Shown: positions 19,532 to 27,734, counted from the first letter of the stretch. The stretch is DNA of 64,000 bases from Candidatus Omnitrophota bacterium (GCA_041648975.1 JBAZNZ010000005.1:10332-74331); one strand, 5' to 3'. The notes: generated by a model not told the origin, from the sequence alone. Translations and numbers: made by a program.

Positions 19532-22456
19532 TTATCTCATCTTCCTTATTTTTATACCGGTGCGCCTTTCTCTCTTTACGGGTTTTTTCGCCGGCGTCTC
19601 TTTTTTCAAAATTATCAACAGGGCGTCCACGACAAGCGGATCAAACTGTGTGCCGGCGCCGTTCTTTATTATCCTCATGGCCTCATTTTTAGGATACGCT
19701 TTCCGGTATGTGCGATTAGAGGTGAGCGCCTGATATACGTCGGCGATGGCTATTATGCGCGCTCCCATCGGTATTTCATCGCCTGCCATGCCGGCCGGAT
19801 AACCGTTACCGTCCCATCTCTCATGATGGTAAAGGACAAGCGGCACGATGTCATGCATAAATTGGACCGGCCTTATGATGTCGGCCGCTATCTGGGGATG
19901 TCTCTTTATCTCCTCATATTCCTTTTTACTCAGCTTCGACTTCTTATGCAGTATCTTGTCGCTTACGCCTATCTTCCCGAGATCATGCAGGACAGCCGCC
20001 TGTTTGATATTCTCGATCTCTTCCGGAGGCAGGTCAAGCACCTTCGCTATCTGGGTAGCGTAATGCACGGTCTTCTCCACATGCTCCCCGGTGTAATGAT
20101 CTTTCAGCTCGATCGTCCTTGCAAACGCGAATATTGATTCGATCAGGTTCTGTTTTCCGCGCTTGGTAAGTTTTTCTATCCTGTCTTTCAAGAACCGCAC
20201 ATCAGTGCTGGCGTTTTTTCCCTCATCATCCTTCTTCTCTTTATTTAAATTCTCCGAGGAATAGATACTATTCCCCCCGCTCTCCTTGACTTTGCTCAAT
20301 ATGCTGTCGGCCATGTTAACGAGATCCATCCCTATCATGATCTTGTCTTCAGGATACGCCGCTACGGCGACGCTCATCTTTAATCTTACGGAATGTTCCT
20401 TATCTCCGAAATTGTAAAGGTTGATGGCGTCCAGGATCCTCTGTCCGAGCGCAAACGCCTTATCCCTGGCTATTCCCGATGACAATATGATAAACTCCTC
20501 CCCTCCGAAACGGATCACTACGTCATACCTGCGGACCATCCTCTTCAGATAATGGGCTAGCTGTTTCAACACAAGATCCCCGAATTCATGTCCGTAAAGG
20601 TCGTTTATCGATTTGAAATAATCGATATCGAGCATTATAAGCGAAAGAGGATGACTATACCTCTTGGCCCGGTAGAACTCGGACTCGATCATCTCGCTCA
20701 AGTACCGATGGTTATACAGCCCTGTCTGCGTATCTTTCAGCGCCAATTGTTTCAGGCGTTCATTCGACTTAACAAGCTCGGCGTGCAGGTCCTCGCGCGA
20801 CTTTTCCGCTTCGGAGCGCTTAGTTATATCTTCCGCGAACCCGTAGAAATTCACGATATCGCCGCTTGCGTCCCGGTACGGCACAACCACGAGCCGGCAG
20901 CGGACGAATCTGCCGCTCCTGTGCACCATGTTAAGTTCCCTGTCGAAGATACCCTCTTTCGCGGCTGTGCGCAGGACCTCATCGGCGTCTTCCTTCGATT
21001 CATGGATATCCGCGGGCGTCAGCTTGCCTATCGCCTCCTCCGAGGTATATCCGAACATTTTCTCGGAATACTTGTTCCATATAGAAAACTTCCCGGACTT
21101 ATCAATGACGCCGATATGAAGCGGTATGTTTTCGGTCACCAGCTTATGTCTTTTGCCGCTCTCTGAAAGCGCGCTCGCAGCCTCTTTTACGTTTACTACC
21201 ATTTTCGCGTTTTCCAAAGCCACCGCGGCGCCTGCGGCCAATCCCTGAAGCATAAAGACATCCTGGGTATCAAAGGGACCATGGTCTTTCTTGTTATGCA
21301 TAGACAGGCATCCGAGAAGTTCACCGGAATACCCTATGATAGGGATATTTACAAGATTGTAAAAACCAAACTCTTTCCCTGCCTCGGGGAGAATATGAGA
21401 GTCATGCTCGGGATCATTCGCTATATAAGGCTTCATAGTATTAATGACCCAGCCTGCCACGCCGCTGCCCGGTCCGAATACATAATGTACAGGTTCTAGA
21501 CGCCCTCCCCTGTTATATTCATTAAATTCCATGACGCCGCCCGCTAAAAGGCCGGCTGTCCCCGCATTCGCTTCGACAAGCTCCATCGCTGCGGCGACAA
21601 GCGTCCGCAATATGACAGGCGCCTCAAGTATCTGGTTTATATGCTGACTCGTACGCGACAATATCTCCAACTGGTAATCTCGTTTAACCAGCGCGTCGGA
21701 TTCGAGCCTCCGCTCTTCCTCCACGCCGATGGCTGACGCGAGGATCCCTATTATCTTCTTATCTTCGACGCTCGGCACGTAATCGTACGTATATACCACA
21801 CAGAGCGAACCGACGCACGCCCCTCCAAACTTTACCGGATAACCCATATATGACTTGAGATTATATTGAGCTATATTAGGATCGGTCTTCGCGTATTCGC
21901 TGTCCTGGAGGTTCGGCATAAAAACAGCGTCTTCGCCACCGCCTTTTATGACGTCGTAGCATATATGGCCGTCGGGTTTACCGCTGGGGTTGAAACCGGG
22001 AGGCGTGTTCCACTGCCCGCACGAACACAGCAGGCCCTTTTCCAGCCTATTATAGAGGGCGGAGTCCGCGTTAAGAAGTTTGCCGCAAAGCGCTGTAAGA
22101 TGGTTTATGTTTTCAAGGGGCTCGGTCGTAAATGCCAAAAATGCCTCATTTATCGCCTCCAGCCTCTGTTCAGTCTGTTTACGTTCGTCTATGTCGCGCA
22201 CCATCGCCAGAAGCCTGTACCTGCCGCCTATAACCGCGCGCTTGAGATTTACCTCGACCCAGAAGAGCCTTCCCAGTTTGTCTCTCGCAAGCCATTCAAA
22301 TATTTGAGGCTCGTCGTCAGCCGCTTTTCGCATGAACTTCATCGCCTCATCCTGAGTAAACGGTTTTTCTCCGGCGCTCAAGGCATGGACGCTCAGATTA
22401 AGCATCTCCTCCTTGGGATAGAAATACATCTCACAGGTCTTATTATTGACATCCAC
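19532..22456 (-). CDS. PAS-GAF-PAS-GGDEF-HD-GYP signalling protein; the N-terminal PAS is truncated by an apparent frameshift, and the called start is a GTG
   Basis: RFGGEEFIIL, VLHDLGK, HHERWDGNGYPAG. The C-terminal half is paralogous to the 17941-19530 gene. Confidence 0.9.
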   Translation of the reverse strand: MDVNNKTCEMYFYPKEEMLNLSVHALSAGEKPFTQDEAMKFMRKAADDEPQIFEWLARDKLGRLFWVEVNLKRAVIGGRYRLLAMVRDIDERKQTEQRLEAINEAFLAFTTEPLENINHLTALCGKLLNADSALYNRLEKGLLCSCGQWNTPPGFNPSGKPDGHICYDVIKGGGEDAVFMPNLQDSEYAKTDPNIAQYNLKSYMGYPVKFGGACVGSLCVVYTYDYVPSVEDKKIIGILASAIGVEEERRLESDALVKRDYQLEILSRTSQHINQILEAPVILRTLVAAAMELVEANAGTAGLLAGGVMEFNEYNRGGRLEPVHYVFGPGSGVAGWVINTMKPYIANDPEHDSHILPEAGKEFGFYNLVNIPIIGYSGELLGCLSMHNKKDHGPFDTQDVFMLQGLAAGAAVALENAKMVVNVKEAASALSESGKRHKLVTENIPLHIGVIDKSGKFSIWNKYSEKMFGYTSEEAIGKLTPADIHESKEDADEVLRTAAKEGIFDRELNMVHRSGRFVRCRLVVVPYRDASGDIVNFYGFAEDITKRSEAEKSREDLHAELVKSNERLKQLALKDTQTGLYNHRYLSEMIESEFYRAKRYSHPLSLIMLDIDYFKSINDLYGHEFGDLVLKQLAHYLKRMVRRYDVVIRFGGEEFIILSSGIARDKAFALGQRILDAINLYNFGDKEHSVRLKMSVAVAAYPEDKIMIGMDLVNMADSILSKVKESGGNSIYSSENLNKEKKDDEGKNASTDVRFLKDRIEKLTKRGKQNLIESIFAFARTIELKDHYTGEHVEKTVHYATQIAKVLDLPPEEIENIKQAAVLHDLGKIGVSDKILHKKSKLSKKEYEEIKRHPQIAADIIRPVQFMHDIVPLVLYHHERWDGNGYPAGMAGDEIPMGARIIAIADVYQALTSNRTYRKAYPKNEAMRIIKNGAGTQFDPLVVDALLIILKKETPAKKPVKRERRTGIKIRKMR

Positions 22457-22470
22457 TATATGGCCGTTCT

Positions 22471-22656
22471 CTATATCGTGAACGAAGATGGCGTCGTTGC
22501 CGCGTTGAATATGGCGCTGTAAGTGGCCTCCTGCAAGAGTTCCGCCACGTTCAATTTTTCACCGTCTATCTTAGACGATTTAAGGCTCGACACAAGCTGT
22601 TTCAACGTCTCCAGCTGCGCCGTAAGCTCTTCTATTGTCTTATCTTTGTCTTCCAT
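22471..22656 (-). pseudogene. frameshifted N-terminal coiled-coil/PAS fragment belonging to the 19532-22456 gene
   Basis: The 61-aa ORF ends ...YSAIFNAATTPSSFTI*. The neighbouring frame continues with the PAS consensus NDAIFVHDIENGHIVDVNNK into the large ORF; a single-base indel near 22495 would join them. Confidence 0.6.
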
Positions 22657-22814
22657 GAATGTATTTATCCTTATTAATTGCTAATAGTATAATAGAGTAT
22701 ACTATCTGGATCCTAATAAGTCAAATGGGACAGGAAAAAGCTGATTGAGCGGCTATTTGATATTTAATTAAAAATGATTTGACTTTTTAACATATATTAT
22801 GTTACCCTGCCGTA

Positions 22815-23426
22815 ATGAAAGCAGGAGATAATGGCAGGGACGAAAAACTTATAGACGCCTGTCTGAAAAGAGACGCAGCCGCATGGGCCTTATTTGTGGA
22901 AAAATACTCCGGGCTCGTCTCAACTTCTATCACAAACCGTTTGAAGAAATACGGGCTGGCGCTTGCGCATCAGGAGATAGAGGACATTCGGCAGGACGTC
23001 TTCACGTCCATATGGAGTGGCGATAAACTCGGGAGCGTAAAGAACCGTAAGGCCATATCGTACTGGCTCTCTATAGTTTCCGGTAATACGGCGCTCGAAT
23101 ACATGCGAAGCAAACTCCGGAAGGAACCTGTAAAGCCTCTATCTATATCCGACAAGATAGGCGAAACCGAACTGGCGGGGCTGATCCCCTCTTCGGGACC
23201 ATCTCCTTATAAAAAGCTGGAAATAGACACTATCGTATCAGGGATAGAATCGGCCATAGAATCGCTTGGCGGAAAAGATAGATTGATAATGAAATTAAAT
23301 ATCCTGTATGACAAGAAGCATGAAGAGATTGCGGAAATATTGAATATTCCAGCCGGGACTGTCTCATGCTACATAAAGAGGTCCAAGGAAATATTGAGGA
23401 GAAAATTGCGGGATTTGATGGAGTGA
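22815..23426 (+). CDS. ECF-type RNA polymerase sigma factor
   Basis: Sigma-70 region 2 (DIRQDVFTSIW) and region 4 (HEEIAEILNIPAGTVSCYIKRSK); about 200 aa. Confidence 0.85.
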   Translation: MKAGDNGRDEKLIDACLKRDAAAWALFVEKYSGLVSTSITNRLKKYGLALAHQEIEDIRQDVFTSIWSGDKLGSVKNRKAISYWLSIVSGNTALEYMRSKLRKEPVKPLSISDKIGETELAGLIPSSGPSPYKKLEIDTIVSGIESAIESLGGKDRLIMKLNILYDKKHEEIAEILNIPAGTVSCYIKRSKEILRRKLRDLME

Positions 23427-23442
23427 AAAAATGTTAAAATAG

Positions 23443-23484
23443 TTGCAAGAAAATCCCGATTTTTACCGTCTTATATAGTGGGGG
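23443..23484 (+). promoter_or_regulatory. conserved 41-nt promoter-like motif, copy 1 (between the ECF sigma and anti-sigma genes)
   Basis: TTGCAAGAAAATCCCGATTTTTACCGTCTTATATAGTGGGG. Confidence 0.5.
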
Positions 23485-23493
23485 GCTAAAAGA

Positions 23494-23516
23494 TATAAGT
23501 CGTAAGTTATAAGTTA
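23494..23516 (+). repeat. half heptamer-repeat element (5' arm only) just upstream of the anti-sigma RBS
   Basis: ATAAGTCGTAAGTTATAAGTTAT followed by ATGGAGG and the ATG. Confidence 0.7.
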
Positions 23517-23528
23517 TATGGAGGAAAG

Positions 23529-23975
23529 ATGATAGATATAAAAAGTCATACGACCCATCCGACAGACGTAGAGCTTGCCGGCTTCCTCGGCAACTCGCTC
23601 GCCGCTGACGATAGAAAACGCGTTGAAACTCATATCTACGGGTGCGAGGAATGCCTTGCCAGGGTCGTTTCAGCTTATGAATCGGTCAATTCGTTCAACA
23701 AGAAAGGTCTGCCTAAAAAAAGAAAGGGTAACATTATGAATAGGATAAACCTCTATTTCGTGCTGGCCGCTATATCGTTCGCACTGTCTTTCGCGGTCCC
23801 CAGGTACTTCCTGCAGTTACTGGCAGCTACTCTGCTTTTGGGGGCAAAGTGGATAGCCGATTCAAAAACGACAAAGATGCTCGTAATGATCCATGAGGCA
23901 TGGAAAAACGGCGGCGGAAGAGAAGCTTCCAGAGTGCTAGAAAAGTTTGAATCGGCGTATAAGGGAAGGTTATAG
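23529..23975 (+). CDS. putative membrane anti-sigma factor (zinc-binding HxxxCxxC type)
   Basis: HIYGCEEC motif, one TM helix, immediately downstream of the ECF sigma gene. Confidence 0.6.
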   Translation: MIDIKSHTTHPTDVELAGFLGNSLAADDRKRVETHIYGCEECLARVVSAYESVNSFNKKGLPKKRKGNIMNRINLYFVLAAISFALSFAVPRYFLQLLAATLLLGAKWIADSKTTKMLVMIHEAWKNGGGREASRVLEKFESAYKGRL

Positions 23976-24498
23976 ATTATCAATGGAGAAAGCCGAAAGA
24001 TGACTGATATCTTAAATCGACGCCATCAATATGTATCTTTCGGCATAAATTCGGCCTAACGGTCAAACATCACAAACAACTTATGTTCGCTAACGCTCTA
24101 TAAGTTGTGGCCTCATTTAAGAAAAAGGCCCAAGTCTATTTAGGCTTGGGTCAGTTCCTGAAGAAGGTATACCTTCCGCTTTTCAGCGGCTTGAGATCGA
24201 TCTATGCGAGAAGAAGATCTCAAAACCGGCAAAGCGTCTTTCAATCGCCCCCTTTGAGGTTAATGCCGATCGTGATACGGCCGCCCTTTCGGGTGACCAT
24301 CCGGCTTCTCCGTAGAAAAGCCGTACTTCTTTCGTTCAATCGACCACTCTCCCTTCTTCTAAATAAAGTATAACACACCCTCAGCAATTTTCAATAGCCG
24401 GCGCTCTTCCTATTTTATTATTAACAAAATAGTTATTTAAACAAACATTGCCTCGGTCGGAGACCTCGGCACACGGCAAATAGACTTTTTTAAAAAAC

Positions 24499-24539
24499 TT
24501 GCAAGAATTTTGGCGATTTTACCGTCTTATATAGTAGGG
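24499..24539 (+). promoter_or_regulatory. conserved 41-nt promoter-like motif, copy 2 (upstream of spoVG-yraN-comM)
   Basis: TTGCAAGAATTTTGGCGATTTTACCGTCTTATATAGTAGGG; shares the ACCGTCTTATATAGT core with copy 1. Confidence 0.5.
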
Positions 24540-24564
24540 ACAATTCCGGAGGGAGGTGATAACT

Positions 24565-24828
24565 ATGATAAAAGATGACCTGAAGCTGGAGGTATCAAGG
24601 CTGCACAAGCTCGACGGCAGCGGCGCGACAAAGGCGTTTTGCGATATCTCAATATTCGGCAGCCTTGTGATAAACGGCCTGCGCGTTGTCGAGGGAAAGG
24701 ACGGCCTCTTTGTAAGTATGCCCAGAGAGGAAGGCAAAGACGGAAAGTGGTACAACACCGTGATACCGTTGAACAGGGATGTAAAAGATGAGATAGAAAA
24801 GGTCGTATTGGAGGCTTACGGAGGGTAG
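24565..24828 (+). CDS. spoVG: SpoVG family protein
   Basis: MIKDDLKLEVSRLHKL...ISIFGSLVINGLRVVEGKDGLFVSMP is colinear with B. subtilis SpoVG. RBS GGAGGGAGG lies upstream; the ORF track begins at an upstream GTG (24556). Confidence 0.8.
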   Translation: MIKDDLKLEVSRLHKLDGSGATKAFCDISIFGSLVINGLRVVEGKDGLFVSMPREEGKDGKWYNTVIPLNRDVKDEIEKVVLEAYGG

Positions 24829-24832
24829 ATAG

Positions 24833-25207
24833 ATGGGCCGCGAGAAGAAGATAGTCGGCGCGATCGGGGAAAAGGTCGCGATAAAGTTTTTAAAGGATAA
24901 AGGTTATAAGATCCTCGAAACCAACTATCGCACCACATTCGGAGAACTGGATGCGATAGCTAATAAAGACGGCTTAATGATCTTTATCGAAATAAAAACA
25001 CGGGCTTCTTCTTCTCTCGGCCCTCCCTATCTCGCGGTTACGGCATTAAAAATTCGGCACATAATAAAGAACGCGCTCTATTACCTGAAGCTGCGCGGCC
25101 GCGTATTTTGCGACTGGCGGATCGATGTCGTATCTGTAAAATTAGGACCCGATAATAAAATCGAATCGATAGAATTAATCGAAAACGCGGTTTGCGACAA
25201 CTACTAA
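24833..25207 (+). CDS. yraN: YraN family (UPF0102) endonuclease
   Basis: GELDAIA...IFIEIKTR pattern; 124 aa; upstream of comM as commonly seen. Confidence 0.8.
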   Translation: MGREKKIVGAIGEKVAIKFLKDKGYKILETNYRTTFGELDAIANKDGLMIFIEIKTRASSSLGPPYLAVTALKIRHIIKNALYYLKLRGRVFCDWRIDVVSVKLGPDNKIESIELIENAVCDNY

Positions 25208-25217
25208 GGAGAAATTT

Positions 25218-26750
25218 ATGATAGCAAGGATATTTTCAAGCGGCATCGCCGGCATAGACGCATATGAGGTCACCGCAGAAACCGATATCGGCGGAGGTCT
25301 GCCGCAATTCAACATAATAGGCCTGCCCGACACCGCGATAAAAGAATCTCGCGACAGGATTAAATCCGCGATCAGGAATTCCGGTTTCGTATTTCCCTCC
25401 AAGAAGATAACGGTAAACCTCGCCCCTGCCGACAGCAGGAAAGAGGGCGCGTCCTTTGACCTGCCCATAGCCCTTTCTATCCTGGCTTATGAAGGCGTGA
25501 TCGATTGTTCGGCGCTGGCCGACTTCGTATTCTGCGGCGAGATGTCGCTGGACGGAAAATTGAAGCCTGTTAAAGGGTCCCTCTCGATAGCGATGGGCTT
25601 AAAAGCCATGGGTAAGGCCAGGCTTGGACTGCCAAAAGCTAATATTAAAGAAGCCGGAGTGGTAAAAGGTATCGAGGTCTATCCTTTGGAGACGCTTAGA
25701 GATACCGTAGCTTTCATAAACGGTAAATTAAAACTGTCTGCCTATTCCGCGAACAGCGAATGCGCGACAAAAAAAACTCCCAGATACAAAGTGGATTTCA
25801 ATGACGTAAAAGGCCAGGAACACGCGAAACGCGGCCTGGAAGTCGCTGCCGCAGGCGGCCACAATGTAATGCTGATCGGTCCCCCCGGTTCCGGAAAGAG
25901 CATGCTGGCCAAACGCCTTCCTACGATATTATCCGACATGACACTCGAGGAAAGTCTTGAGACATCTAAAATCCACAGCGTAGCAGGCTTACTGTCTCCC
26001 AACAAAGGACTGATCTGGGCCCGTCCATTCAGGTCGCCGCACCATACCATATCCGACTCGGCGCTCGTCGGCGGCGGGACGAATCCGACACCAGGAGAAA
26101 TAAGTCTGGCACATAACGGCGTATTGTTCCTCGATGAGCTTCCTGAATTCAAAAAGAACGTACTGGAAGTATTAAGGCTGCCTATTGAAGACGGTTCGAT
26201 AACTATATCTAGAGTCGCCAGGACCCTGACATACCCTTCGAAGTTCATGCTCGTGGCGGCAATGAACCCCTGCCCGTGCGGAAATTTTACAGACCCGAAG
26301 CGTGAGTGCCACTGCACTCCTATTCAGATACAGCACTATCTTTCGAGGATATCGGGGCCGCTTCTCGACAGGATAGATATTCACCTCGAGGTGCCGAGAT
26401 TAAAGGTGGAGAACCTGACGGATAAGCGGCGCGGTGAACCGTCCGAGGATATCAGGAAACGGGTCGATGAGGCACGAACGCTACAAAGACAGCGCTACAA
26501 GACCGATGCCGTATACTTCAACGCGCACCTCGAGCCAAATGAATTGGAAAGATACTGCGTCCTCGACAGAGAGAGCGAAGAATTGCTAAAGCTAGCGATA
26601 TTGGAGCTTGGTCTATCGGCCAGGGCATACGACAAGATACTCAAGGTTGCCCGAACGATCGCCGACCTGGATCATAAAGACGTGATCGAAGCCCATCACA
26701 TATCAGAGGCTATCTCTTATAGAAGCCTGGACCGCAATTTATGGGGATGA
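25218..26750 (+). CDS. comM: Mg-chelatase-like AAA+ ATPase YifB/ComM
   Basis: Lon-like N-domain, Walker A GPPGSGKSMLAKR, C-terminal ChlI domain; 510 aa. Confidence 0.9.
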   Translation: MIARIFSSGIAGIDAYEVTAETDIGGGLPQFNIIGLPDTAIKESRDRIKSAIRNSGFVFPSKKITVNLAPADSRKEGASFDLPIALSILAYEGVIDCSALADFVFCGEMSLDGKLKPVKGSLSIAMGLKAMGKARLGLPKANIKEAGVVKGIEVYPLETLRDTVAFINGKLKLSAYSANSECATKKTPRYKVDFNDVKGQEHAKRGLEVAAAGGHNVMLIGPPGSGKSMLAKRLPTILSDMTLEESLETSKIHSVAGLLSPNKGLIWARPFRSPHHTISDSALVGGGTNPTPGEISLAHNGVLFLDELPEFKKNVLEVLRLPIEDGSITISRVARTLTYPSKFMLVAAMNPCPCGNFTDPKRECHCTPIQIQHYLSRISGPLLDRIDIHLEVPRLKVENLTDKRRGEPSEDIRKRVDEARTLQRQRYKTDAVYFNAHLEPNELERYCVLDRESEELLKLAILELGLSARAYDKILKVARTIADLDHKDVIEAHHISEAISYRSLDRNLWG

Positions 26751-26754
26751 GCGA

Positions 26755-26792
26755 TTATCCACAGAGTAGCCGACGTTTAAACGTCGGCTACT
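26755..26792 (+). repeat. DnaA-box 9-mer plus REP-A hairpin (left end of the ORF77 unit)
   Basis: TTATCCACA-GA-GTAGCCGACGTTTAAACGTCGGCTAC immediately after the comM stop. Confidence 0.9.
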
Positions 26793-26814
26793 ACCAATAT
26801 AAGGAGATAAAACG

Positions 26815-27048
26815 ATGAATACAGCTACGCCTTTATCTAATATAGCTAAAGTGTATGGAAAAAATGCTGTGGTTTCCCTTGTAAATGGCTATAGCATAAT
26901 ACATCTGGATAATCCTACAGATGAACAGATAAAGCAAAGGATTAAAGAAGTACTTGAAGGACACATTGATGATGACCTCGAAGACGATTGTCCGCTTTGC
27001 CAGGAGATGAAAGGCAAACCGTACGACATCGTCTACTACAAACAATAA
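26815..27048 (+). CDS. hypothetical small protein carried inside a REP doublet
   Basis: 77-aa ORF with an AAGGAG RBS, bounded by a REP-A hairpin (26767-26792) and a REP-B hairpin (27060-27086); no recognisable family. Confidence 0.4.
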   Translation: MNTATPLSNIAKVYGKNAVVSLVNGYSIIHLDNPTDEQIKQRIKEVLEGHIDDDLEDDCPLCQEMKGKPYDIVYYKQ

Positions 27049-27059
27049 CCCAACTCTCA

Positions 27060-27097
27060 GTAGGGGATGTTTAAACGTCCCCCTACATTGTGGATAA
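27060..27097 (+). repeat. REP-B hairpin plus inverted DnaA-box 9-mer (right end of the ORF77 unit, abutting the RAYT start)
   Basis: GTAGGGGATGTTTAAACGTCCCCCTAC-AT-TGTGGATAA. Confidence 0.9.
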
Positions 27098-27100
27098 CTT

Positions 27101-27592
27101 ATGGGAAATATAAAACGATTTTACGAAATAAATGCCGCTTATTTCCTGACTACTAATACGGAAAATAATCAAACCATATTCAGCGACCCTAAAAATTGCA
27201 AAATACTTCTCGTTACACTTGAATATTTCAAGCTTGTCCTGGACTACCGCCTGTACGGCTTCTGCATTATGCCAGATCATTTACATATTGTGATACATCC
27301 CGTCGGCATATATAACTTTTCATACATTATGAAGATGATAAAAGGTTCTTTTACAAGAAAGCTAAACAAGGCTAATGGCAAAACGGGTAAGATTTGGCAG
27401 AAAGGATTTTACGATGAATATATCAGAGACGAGCTGCACCTTGTGAAGGTATTGGAATATATACATAACAATCCATTAAAAGCAAGATTAGTTGTGGAGC
27501 CTGAAGAATATCCTTTTTCGAGCTATAATCACTATTTTCAAACTACTTGCCAATCAAACCAAATCATTGAAATTGACAAGCCTGTATTATAA
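27101..27592 (+). mobile_element. REP-associated tyrosine transposase (RAYT; IS200/IS605-like Y1 HUH transposase)
   Basis: HUH motif HLHIVIHP, catalytic Tyr context YIHNNPLKARLV; flanked on both sides by GTAG...CTAC REP hairpins. Confidence 0.85.
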
Positions 27593-27594
27593 AG

Positions 27595-27675
27595 TTATCC
27601 ACAGAGTAGCTGACGTTTAAACGTCAGCTACTACTAGGTAGGGGAGGTTTAAACCTCCCCTACTAGTGTGGATAA
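27595..27675 (+). repeat. REPIN-like doublet: DnaA-box, REP-A, REP-B, inverted DnaA-box (downstream of RAYT)
   Basis: TTATCCACAGAGTAGCTGACGTTTAAACGTCAGCTAC-TACTAG-GTAGGGGAGGTTTAAACCTCCCCTAC-TAGTGTGGATAA. Confidence 0.9.
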
Positions 27676-27734
27676 CCCATCAAACTTAATCGTGATTACA
27701 GGCAAATATGGCGAATTAATGTGGCAATTCCGAA

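Noticed and set aside
19493-20137. 214-aa plus-strand ORF across the junction of the two GGDEF genes
   Set aside because: Antisense to conserved HD-GYP coding sequence.
22657-22815. Divergent intergenic region as a possible replication origin
   Set aside because: No DnaA-box cluster here. The DnaA-box 9-mers are all REP-associated, and the plus-strand island is only 5 kb, so the strand switch is local.
23443-23484. Reading the duplicated motif as a sigma70 promoter (TTGCAA...TATATA) or a sigma54 promoter
   Set aside because: The TTGCAA to TATATA spacing is 23 nt, which is too long. No GG-N10-GC sigma54 core is in register. It is kept only as a candidate ECF-type promoter.
24107-24373. 88-aa Arg-rich ORF in the non-coding gap
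   Set aside because: Low-complexity (R/L/P-rich) with no RBS. The region is treated as non-coding or a candidate sRNA locus.
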